This document shows positions 56,849 to 64,000 of a stretch of DNA of 64,000 bases, piece after piece. Every line of letters starts with the position of its first letter. Within the stretch, counting starts at the first letter, position 1. The notes beneath the pieces were generated by a model. The model was not told where the DNA came from. It saw nothing but the letters and a program-made list of their open reading frames with translations, and made no database searches. The translations under genes were made by a program, and so were the position numbers. Origin of the DNA: Anaerolineae bacterium. Lineage in GTDB: Bacteria; Chloroflexota; Anaerolineae; Anaerolineales; UBA6663. Where the stretch lies: contig JBBIQY010000001.1 in the NCBI GenBank assembly GCA_037442085.1, forward strand, positions 46,174-110,173, read 5' to 3'.

Positions 56849-57771
56849 CCCGGCCTGGCTGCAAGCTGCGCCGCAACCTGCGCCGCGACCCGGGCGTTGT
56901 TCTGTAGCAGCGCCAGGTTGGCGGCTTTGCTTTCCCCGTGCGTCAGCTCGGCCACGCGGGCAAGCAGGAACGGCGAGACGGCCTTGCCGCGCAGGCCGCG
57001 CGCTTCTGCTTCCTGGATGGCGACTGCGATGGCGCGCTCCATCTCATCGGTGGGCCGGGCGGCCTCCGCCGGGCAGGGCACGCAGACCAGCATCCCCCCG
57101 CCCAGACCCGAGTCCCACAGCGCGCGCGCTAGGGCCGCGACCTCTTCCGGCGAATCGGCGCGCGCCTCCAGCTTCAAGCCGCTGCTGCGCGAGTAGAAGG
57201 CGGGAAACTCGTCGGTCTGGTAGCCGACGACGGGCACGCCGTGAGTCTCCAGCCATTCGAGCGTGGCCGGCAGATCGAGGATGGCCTTGGCGCCGGCGCA
57301 GACCACGATGACAGGCGTGCGCGCCAGCTCCGGCAGATCGGCGGAGATGTCGGTGGCGGGGCCGCCGCCCGCAGCGCGATGCACGCCGCCGATGCCGCCG
57401 GTCGCGAAGATACGCAGGCCGGCCCAGTGTGCGGCGATCATCGTCCCGGCGACGGTCGTCGCGCCGTCGCGTTTGTGCGCGAAGGCGATCGGGAAGTCGC
57501 GGCGGCTGACCTTGAGCACGGCCCTGGCGGTTGCCAGATGTTCGAGCTGGGCGTCGTTCAGGCCGATGTGCACCTGTCCGTTGAGCACGGCGATGGTGGC
57601 CGGCTCTGCGCCGTTGGCGCGGACGGTGGCCTCCATCCGGCGGGCCAGCTCCAGGTTCTCCGGCCAGGGCAGGCCGTGGGCGATGACGGTGGATTCGAGC
57701 GCGACGAGCGGGCGGCCTGCCTCGAGCGCGGCGCGGACAGCGGGATGAAAGACGAGAGAGGGGATGGGCAT
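56845..57771 (-). CDS. psuG: Pseudouridine-5'-phosphate glycosidase
   Basis: 308 aa. VALESTVIAHGLPWPENLELA...NGAEPATIAVLNG...GGIGGVH is typical of the PsuG/IndA family. Its stop overlaps the convergent gene's stop. Confidence 0.88.
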   Translation of the reverse strand: MPIPSLVFHPAVRAALEAGRPLVALESTVIAHGLPWPENLELARRMEATVRANGAEPATIAVLNGQVHIGLNDAQLEHLATARAVLKVSRRDFPIAFAHKRDGATTVAGTMIAAHWAGLRIFATGGIGGVHRAAGGGPATDISADLPELARTPVIVVCAGAKAILDLPATLEWLETHGVPVVGYQTDEFPAFYSRSSGLKLEARADSPEEVAALARALWDSGLGGGMLVCVPCPAEAARPTDEMERAIAVAIQEAEARGLRGKAVSPFLLARVAELTHGESKAANLALLQNNARVAAQVAAQLAARPG

Positions 57772-57819
57772 GAAGTTGAGGGAGAACGCGCTCGCCGGGG
57801 GGTGCCGGCGACGCCTCGG

Positions 57820-59352
57820 CTAGCGGGGCGCGGGCGGCGGTGGGCCAAAGCTTTGCGTCAGGTCGGGCGCCGGAGTGGGCTTTGAGACGTACGTATCGGA
57901 AGGGGCGGCGGAGGGGCCGGGCGGCGTTGACGCCGACGGCCGGCCTGCCTGTTCCGGCTCGTGATCGTTGCCGCCGAGCGTGCGCGGCCTGCCGAGTTGA
58001 TCGAGGTAATCCAGCGCTGCGTCAATGTCCGGCTCGATGGGCACTTTGGCGCTCCGGCGCATCTCGCGCAGTTTGATTGCGTACAGGCTGACGATGTTGA
58101 ACGGCAGCGGCCATTCGCTGTGGGGCAGAAGCTGCGGCTTCTGTGGCTCAGAAGTGGTGGTCGTGCGTGTGTGCTTGTTCCAGTATTCTTCGATATGTTT
58201 GAAGAAATCCCACCAGGTGCGACGGCGCGCACTGCGCGTCTCGTTCTCCAGCGTGGTCGCGCTGATCTTGGTCAGCTCGATGAATTCCTTCTGCCAGGAG
58301 TCGATCAGCTCCTGCGACACCTCGGCCGGCGTTTTGAGGGTGCCGACGCCGATCCAGATCAGCTGCACGCCGATTTGCCGGCAGCGGCGCGCGAAAGATT
58401 CGGTGTAGAACGAGAGCGTCAGCTCGCGGCGCGGGTTGGCCGTGGCGGCGGCGCGCGAGGTGGGCGGGCTGCTTTGCACGACACTGGCAGTGTGGCTGCC
58501 GGTGGAGGGCGGCGGCGGCAGCATGCCTTTCTGCTTTTGGGCGATGAGTTCCTTGAACCGGTGCCGCCCGATGTAATGGGCGATCTCGGCGCGGGCCAGG
58601 TCGGCCACCACCTCCGTCCACGGGCGCGTCGTATGGCCCGGCCCGGCCAGCTGGCCGTAGATCAACCGCCGCACGGCGAGCGGGTCATAGGGATAGGGAT
58701 TGTGCTCGGTGCGCTTCTGGTGGCTGAAGACGCGGAAGGCCACCTGCGCCTGCACGGCGGTGACCGGGATACCGTCCCGGGTATAAAGCTGCAGATCGCC
58801 CAGCTCGCGGATCTGGTCGCGCAGATCAATTACTTCCTCGCGCAGCCGCTCGAAGCCGTGCAGGAACTGGCTGCGCTTGGCGGCGTAGATGATGGAAGCG
58901 TTGTTGACCAGCTCGAACAGCGCCGCGTTGCCCAGGTGGATCTTGAGCAGACCCGGCCCGCCGAAGACGCTGACCCGGCTCTTCTTGCTCTGGGGCGCGA
59001 GCGCGCCGTCCTTGATCTCGATTTCGTCGTAGACGAGGCCGAAGAGCGCGCCCCACAGATACTCCATCGTGCGGAAGGCGCTTTCCGGGGAATCCTCCAG
59101 GTTGAAGAGGTCGTTGAGCCGCCGGGCGCCGCCATAGAGCACGGCGAAGACAACAACGGTGGGCAGAAACCAGTGGCGCAGCACCGTGAGCACATCCGGC
59201 GCTGGATATTCCAGCACAACGGCCACCGCCAGCAGCACCAGGAACCCCGCCGTGACCGCCACCAGCCGGAAAAGCGGGCTGGTGCGATTGCGGCCCAGCA
59301 GCAGGTCCCATGCCCGCTGTGACGTGGAGCGCGCGTCGCGATACCGTTTCAT
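57820..59352 (-). CDS. Membrane protein with divergent, split SPFH/band-7-like domain and Pro-rich C-terminus (pair member B)
   Basis: 510 aa from ATG 59352 (MKRYRDARS...; ATGA overlap with the upstream gene's stop at 59349-59352). Two N-terminal TM segments. GPGLLKIHLGNAALFE...LRDQ...LQLYTRDGIPVTAVQAQVAFRV and later IGVQLIWIGVGTLKTPAEVSQELIDSWQ resemble the two halves of an SPFH domain. The 197 upstream codons in the track are Arg/Ala/Gly junk overlapping gene A. Confidence 0.6.
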   Translation of the reverse strand: MKRYRDARSTSQRAWDLLLGRNRTSPLFRLVAVTAGFLVLLAVAVVLEYPAPDVLTVLRHWFLPTVVVFAVLYGGARRLNDLFNLEDSPESAFRTMEYLWGALFGLVYDEIEIKDGALAPQSKKSRVSVFGGPGLLKIHLGNAALFELVNNASIIYAAKRSQFLHGFERLREEVIDLRDQIRELGDLQLYTRDGIPVTAVQAQVAFRVFSHQKRTEHNPYPYDPLAVRRLIYGQLAGPGHTTRPWTEVVADLARAEIAHYIGRHRFKELIAQKQKGMLPPPPSTGSHTASVVQSSPPTSRAAATANPRRELTLSFYTESFARRCRQIGVQLIWIGVGTLKTPAEVSQELIDSWQKEFIELTKISATTLENETRSARRRTWWDFFKHIEEYWNKHTRTTTTSEPQKPQLLPHSEWPLPFNIVSLYAIKLREMRRSAKVPIEPDIDAALDYLDQLGRPRTLGGNDHEPEQAGRPSASTPPGPSAAPSDTYVSKPTPAPDLTQSFGPPPPAPR

Positions 59353-60683
59353 GCCGCGCCTCCGAACGTCGTTTCCTTCACATCGTTCTGGCGCAGCCAC
59401 ACTTCCATCTCGACCAGCGTCTTGCGCATCTCTTCGCGCTCCGTGCTGAACTCCAATTCGCTCAACACGCGCCGCGTGCCTTCCACCAGGTGATAGCCGG
59501 TCTCGGCGGCGCCCGGCGCGGCGCCCTCCGCCAGTTGTGCGCGCAGCCACTCGGTCGTCGTGCGCAGCAGGTGCAGTTCGGCCTGCTGGCGGCCTTCGTT
59601 GCGCGCCGCCTTCAGGTCGGGGTGCTGCTCCTCCACTGCCTTCTTCACCTGCGCCCGCCACTGCTCCTGCAATTGCAGGATGCGCTTCTGTTCCACGGCC
59701 GGCTGAAGTTTGAGGTTCAGCAGACGCACGCTCAACACGCGCAGGCCGCGCTCCCTGAGCACCTGGTACTCGTGTGACTGGCCGCCCTCGGCCCAACCGG
59801 TGAGCCGGTGCTCGATCTGGTATTGCAGGTCTTCCAGCAGGGCGAATCTCGGATCGGGGTCGTTGAAAAGCTGCTCGAGGTCTTGCTGGGCCAGCAACTC
59901 GCGCCAGACATCGGCGGCCAGCAGGCCGGGCAGGCGTTCCCATTCGCTGGCAACACGGTCGCGGTAGGCACGCCCGTAGACGGTGCGGTAGGCGTTTTCC
60001 GGGCTGAAGCCGAAGGGCGGCGTGTTGGGGTCGTGCCAGTCGCGCAGTGGGTTGCGCTCGCCGCTATCCAGCAGGAAGACCACGCGCAGGTCGGCTTCGA
60101 CTTCGATGCCGTCGCGGGTGAAGGCTTTGACGCCCGGCTCGATGCGCTCCTGCTGGCGCAGGTCGAGCGTGCCATCCTGGGCGATGTATTCGCCCTCTTC
60201 GGTGAAGACGACGCCCGGGCCGCAGGCGCGCTTGAACTCGGTATCGGTGCGCAGGACGACGCCGCTGGCGCTATCCACCAGGATGACGCCCGCGGCGATA
60301 TTGCGCCGCTCCTTTTCAGCGGCGCTGCCCACCAGCCGCCCGTTGCGCACCAGGATGGCGGGCCCGGACGTGCCCAGATAAAAATGCTCCCACGCCAGGC
60401 GACGCTCCTCCGGTGTGTTGACCGGCAGCACGAATTGCGAGACCAGGGCGGAAAAGGTCAGGTAGGTGAAGGCCGTGGCGAGAAAGACGATGCCCAGTGT
60501 GGCGACGGGCCGGGTGAGCGCAGACAGCGCCTCGGCGCCGCGCGTCGGCTCCGCGTACCAGTTGCTCAGCGCGCCATACAGGGCAACCAGTTCGGCCTGG
60601 AAAAGAAAGAGAAACCCGCCCAGGGCGAGGAGGGCAGCGACTCCCTCGAAAAACCAATTCTGGCGATAAAACGGGCGTCTCAT
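59349..60683 (-). CDS. Membrane protein with divergent SPFH/band-7-like domain and coiled-coil C-terminus (pair member A)
   Basis: 444 aa. Two N-terminal TM segments. GVILVDSASGVVLRTDTEFKRACGPGVVFTEEGEYIAQDGTLDLRQQ...FTRDGIEVEADLRVVFLL and GLRVLSVRLLNLKLQPAVEQKRI resemble SPFH. Gln/Glu/Arg-rich helical tail. TACAAT (60698-60693) lies 9 nt upstream of the ATG. Confidence 0.6.
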   Translation of the reverse strand: MRRPFYRQNWFFEGVAALLALGGFLFLFQAELVALYGALSNWYAEPTRGAEALSALTRPVATLGIVFLATAFTYLTFSALVSQFVLPVNTPEERRLAWEHFYLGTSGPAILVRNGRLVGSAAEKERRNIAAGVILVDSASGVVLRTDTEFKRACGPGVVFTEEGEYIAQDGTLDLRQQERIEPGVKAFTRDGIEVEADLRVVFLLDSGERNPLRDWHDPNTPPFGFSPENAYRTVYGRAYRDRVASEWERLPGLLAADVWRELLAQQDLEQLFNDPDPRFALLEDLQYQIEHRLTGWAEGGQSHEYQVLRERGLRVLSVRLLNLKLQPAVEQKRILQLQEQWRAQVKKAVEEQHPDLKAARNEGRQQAELHLLRTTTEWLRAQLAEGAAPGAAETGYHLVEGTRRVLSELEFSTEREEMRKTLVEMEVWLRQNDVKETTFGGAA

Positions 60684-60795
60684 GTCGCTGGGATTGTAGA
60701 GCGAAAAACCCCAGGCTCCAAATCGGCGCAGCCGAAATGTGCGTGCCGGGGCCGTCCGCCGCGCGCAAGCGGAAACTTGCGCGGTGGTTGGTGGT

Positions 60796-63700
60796 TCAGG
60801 GAAGCTGAAATTGTTCCAACACCACCCGGCCCTCGGCGAAGTGGGGGGTGGTCAGGCGCTCGCCGGTGTCCGGGCGATAGAGGCCGGCGGAGAGCGTGTA
60901 TATGCCAGGGGCCAGGTCGGCGGGCAAGGCAAGGGGTCGGGGATCTGCGATGTGCTCGCCCGGCAGCCAGCCGGTGGTGCGTCGCCCGCCGTTGGCCGGT
61001 GTTCCGTCCGACTGCGCCATGATGATGCCGTCGGCATTCGTCAGGTGGACGAAGACGTGATAGGGCGCATCGAACAGCGCCTCGGCGCGCCAGACCAGGG
61101 TGAGCGGAAAAATGTCGCCCGGTTTCAGAGCGAGAGGCGCATCAAAGCCATAGAGCGTGGCCGGGCCGAGATCGGCGCTGACGGCGCGGCCTACCGGCGG
61201 GGCGAGGTAGACACGCGCCGGCGCGCTGACCTCCAGTTGGCCCAGCTCGAAAGTCTCCGTGCCGGCTTGCAGCGTCCAGGTGTAACGCCCAGTGCCCAGA
61301 TCGGCGGGCAGGCGCACCGAAAGTTGATGGCGCGTGACCGCTTCGAGATCGGTCGCCCCGGTCTTTGTGTGTGGAACGATCCGGTCGTTGCCGGACAGGT
61401 GGAGGCGGTTGCCGAGCTTCAGGTTGAACGTTGAGAGCGGTGGTGTGCCGCGCCAACAACTGGTCACCAGGAGGTCATCGCCGGGCGCAGCCTGGGCCTG
61501 GCTGAAGGCGACGAACTGAAGTCCGGGCGCGGCAGAGCCGGTCGCGCCCTCGCAGGCGCGGTGTGAGGGCGAGGTAATCGTCACCGTTCCAAATTGGAGC
61601 TTGCCCAAACTGCGAAAGTCGTAGCGCGAGAAGACCTCGACCTGGAGCAGATATTCGCCGGGCGGCGTGCCGGCCAGCGGGGTGACCCGGTATGGGTCTA
61701 GGACGTACTGATCCGGCGGCCAATGATCGGTGCCGGGCGTGAAGCGCCAGTCGCGCGGGCGCGGCGTCTCGCGCTCGCTCCAGATGAAACCGCGCGCATC
61801 CACCAGCCGCACGTCGAAACCGTAGGGCACACCGAGCGGGCGATTCGCCCTCCAGTACAGGCTGACGGTGAAGGTGTCATCCGCACCGATCTTGAGCGTC
61901 GGTAGAGGCGCAGGGCTTGCGTCCCAGCCCAATAGCGTCAGCTCGTCGGCAAAGTTGTGATTGAGGGGGACGACGACGCCCCGTAACCCTTCCGGTGTCA
62001 ATCCGTGGCGCAGCAGCGGCGTCAGGCCGGCGTCGTAGATCAGGGGGCGGGCGAGGGCGAACGTGAGGGCGACAGTGGATAGTAGAAAATAGAAAGTGGG
62101 TGTCTGCTTCTCTTCTCTTTGCCGCTCGCTATTCTCTGCGTGCCGGCGCCCGCCGGTCACCAACACGATGACGGCGACGCTCACGCCCAGGGCCGATAGC
62201 AGATTGCCCGTTGAGCGTGGCCAGGTATCGGCCAGCTCGAAGGTGAGGGTGTGCGTGCCTGCCGGCAGGTCGAGGGCCATCAGACCTTCCGGCCGGGTGA
62301 TGCGCAGCGCGATCGGCTGGCTGTCGAGCGTCGCCTGCCAGCCCGGAAAGTAGAACTGGTTGTAAGTGAAAGTGATCGCTGTCTCGGCGGCGATGGTGAA
62401 CGAGTCGCGTGTGGGCGAGAGCGGCCTGTGAGTGACCGTGGCGCCGGGCGCGGCGTAGCGCGGACGCCGGCTCGGGTCGCGGCGCGCGCTCGCGTCGGCG
62501 GGCAGCTGCTGCACGGCGCGCGGCAGGTACTCGCCCACCGTCGTCGTGCCGATGAAATCCGGCGGTATCTCGAACGCGGCCATGTCTGCCACGGTGGGGT
62601 ACGGCGGGACAGGCTCAAAGGGCGGTGAGGCGAAGGGCAGGCCGGCGATGACCAGAACGCCGATGACAATCGAAACCATGACCGCAGACGGCGGACGGCT
62701 GACAGCGGTCGGCGGTCTGCTGAAGAGCGCCCCGGCCAACACGGCGACGAAGAGCGCGATCGGCCCGAGCAGGCGCCATGGAAATAGCGTCAGGCGCAGC
62801 AAGGGCAGGTTGTCCCACAGCGGGCGGCTGATGGGATGGAGCAACAGTACGGCGAGCGCAGCGGCGAAGGTGAAGAAGAGCAGGGTGGGACGTAGGGAGT
62901 GAGAAGTAGCGCGGCTCAGCGCCAGCCCGGCGATGAGCAGGGCGGCCAGCGGCAGCGGGCGCACGACCGGCGGGTTGAGTAGATCGGGATCTACGGGCAG
63001 GCGTGGCCAGGCAATCAGCTCGCCCAGCGAGAGGAAGTTGTTGGTGTACAACATCCCACCGTTGAGCGTGCCACGTTCGGTCTGCACGAACGGCGCCTCC
63101 AGCAACGCCGGCAGCCAGAAGAAGGCGGTGAGGAAGAAGGCCAGGACGAAGGCTGAAGGAACAAGTACGAGTGAGGCGATCTTTGTCCTGCTTGCCGCCG
63201 CTTGCTTGCTGAACTGCCAGGCGCAGAATACACCATACGCCATCACAAACGGCATGGCCTGCAACGTGACGCCATGATGGGCGAAGAGGCAGGCGCCCAG
63301 CGCCAGCCCGGCCCAGACCATCGAGCGTAATTGGCCGTGCGCAGCGCGGCGCAGGTGGAGCAGGGCCAGCGGCAGCAGCGCCAGCGCCAGGGACTCCGGA
63401 GCCGAGCCGCGGATGTGCGCGTCGTATAGCAAATATGGGCTGTAGAGATAGGCCACGCCCGTCACCAGGCCGGCGGAAGATTCGTCGAACAATTCGCGCC
63501 CCAAGGCATAGGCATTCCAGGCCGAACCGACCAGGGCCAGGGCGCAGATGAGCTTGTAAGCGGTCAAGGCGCTGACGCCGGCCAGAATCGCGAGGGCGAC
63601 CGCCGAATGCGAAAGATACGGGAAATAGTTGAAGATCGGGTAGCCGTAGCCGAAGACCAGATCGGGCGCCCAGCGTGGCAGCAACTGGCCGGCCCGCAGC

Positions 63701-63852
63701 AACTCCGCCAGTTGCACTGCCCGATAAACGTGGGTCAGGTGATCGTTGCTGCGTGGCAACCCCTCGTGCAGGAAGGGCCAGAGCGCGGGCAAGGCCAGGA
63801 CCGCCAATATCGCATGGTTGAAAAACCTGTGATAGAGTGGAGGCCGAGCCAT
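60796..63852 (-). CDS. Large polytopic GT-C-like membrane protein with about 450-aa C-terminal beta-rich extracytoplasmic region
   Basis: N-terminal motif LPRSNDHLTHVYRAVQLAELLRAGQLLPRWAPDLVFGYGYPIFNYFPYLSH resembles the D/H...R...PRW...GYG..F.FY.PL signature of COG5617/YfhO-like glycosyltransferase-fold proteins. There are more than 12 TM segments. The start is ATG 63852 or GTG 63897. Confidence 0.65.
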   Translation of the reverse strand: MARPPLYHRFFNHAILAVLALPALWPFLHEGLPRSNDHLTHVYRAVQLAELLRAGQLLPRWAPDLVFGYGYPIFNYFPYLSHSAVALAILAGVSALTAYKLICALALVGSAWNAYALGRELFDESSAGLVTGVAYLYSPYLLYDAHIRGSAPESLALALLPLALLHLRRAAHGQLRSMVWAGLALGACLFAHHGVTLQAMPFVMAYGVFCAWQFSKQAAASRTKIASLVLVPSAFVLAFFLTAFFWLPALLEAPFVQTERGTLNGGMLYTNNFLSLGELIAWPRLPVDPDLLNPPVVRPLPLAALLIAGLALSRATSHSLRPTLLFFTFAAALAVLLLHPISRPLWDNLPLLRLTLFPWRLLGPIALFVAVLAGALFSRPPTAVSRPPSAVMVSIVIGVLVIAGLPFASPPFEPVPPYPTVADMAAFEIPPDFIGTTTVGEYLPRAVQQLPADASARRDPSRRPRYAAPGATVTHRPLSPTRDSFTIAAETAITFTYNQFYFPGWQATLDSQPIALRITRPEGLMALDLPAGTHTLTFELADTWPRSTGNLLSALGVSVAVIVLVTGGRRHAENSERQREEKQTPTFYFLLSTVALTFALARPLIYDAGLTPLLRHGLTPEGLRGVVVPLNHNFADELTLLGWDASPAPLPTLKIGADDTFTVSLYWRANRPLGVPYGFDVRLVDARGFIWSERETPRPRDWRFTPGTDHWPPDQYVLDPYRVTPLAGTPPGEYLLQVEVFSRYDFRSLGKLQFGTVTITSPSHRACEGATGSAAPGLQFVAFSQAQAAPGDDLLVTSCWRGTPPLSTFNLKLGNRLHLSGNDRIVPHTKTGATDLEAVTRHQLSVRLPADLGTGRYTWTLQAGTETFELGQLEVSAPARVYLAPPVGRAVSADLGPATLYGFDAPLALKPGDIFPLTLVWRAEALFDAPYHVFVHLTNADGIIMAQSDGTPANGGRRTTGWLPGEHIADPRPLALPADLAPGIYTLSAGLYRPDTGERLTTPHFAEGRVVLEQFQLP

Positions 63853-63878
63853 CGCAGCAAAGTATAGCGGATTGGAAG

Positions 63879-64000
63879 ATGACTGAGACGACGGCACCTC
63901 CGTTAGAACGCCCCAGGCGTTTGCATCTGGACTGGCTGCTCCTGGCCCTCAGCCGCCCGCGAGCCGCCTTCAGCCGTATTGCCCCCTACGACGGCGATGC
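63879..64000 (+). CDS. Partial ORF (5' end only), possible Yip1-like membrane protein
   Basis: ATG 63879, MTETTAPPLERPRRLHLDWLLLALSRPRAAFSRIAPYDGD..., running off the window. Too short for a confident call. Confidence 0.3.
   Translation, partial: MTETTAPPLERPRRLHLDWLLLALSRPRAAFSRIAPYDGD

Noticed and set aside
59353-59943. 197-codon N-terminal extension of the 57820-59943 ORF.
   Set aside because: The extension is Arg/Ala/Gly/Pro-rich and overlaps the 3' third of gene A in another frame. An ATG at 59352 forms an ATGA overlap with gene A's stop and is followed directly by the TM segments.

Overview
GC-rich, gene-dense bacterial chromosomal segment, read by eye from the sequence and the supplied ORF track. 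All refined starts and repeat coordinates are hand-derived and should be recomputed. A Chloroflexota-like origin is my guess from protein style (PT-rich linkers, DUF5666 and DUF2723 proteins, fused GlyRS); it is unverified.

Most of the window is housekeeping:
- the 3' end of an Opp/Dpp-type ABC peptide transporter
- an orphan response regulator
- tRNA-Gln
- glmU, a CorC/CNNM protein, cdd, recO
- a fused glyQS
- dnaG-rpoD
- a complete 14-gene nuoA-N complex I operon (17.5-33.4 kb)
- an ECF sigma / DUF5666 locus
- rnz
- a PCu(A)C copper chaperone
- a DnaJ / GT4 / DUF2723 envelope-glycosylation operon
- two MFS transporters
- a Ser/Thr kinase with a TolB-like propeller
- dnaB and psuG
- a translationally coupled pair of SPFH-like membrane proteins
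- a 1000-aa GT-C-like membrane protein

I found no rRNA, CRISPR array, transposase, integrase or phage genes.

Things worth a second look:
1. A low-GC two-gene cassette (small helical protein plus minimal nucleotidyltransferase, TA/Abi-like) sits exactly between nuoM and nuoN.
2. A family of A/T-rich heptanucleotide tandem arrays (core AATC, often 4 units) fills intercistronic spacers. It also occurs inside the dnaG and exonuclease coding sequences.
3. A 37-bp duplication of the nuoF-stop/nuoG-start junction flanks one such array and creates a decoy start.
4. A 78-nt structured repeat is present twice.
5. A MITE-like 100-nt hairpin with 8-bp flanking direct repeats lies upstream of tRNA-Gln.
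6. Several -10 boxes sit 6-7 nt from start codons, suggesting leaderless mRNAs.
7. An M28 peptidase has an apparent frameshift.
8. A DUF5666 protein carries a near-perfect 216-bp internal duplication and a poly-Asp tail.
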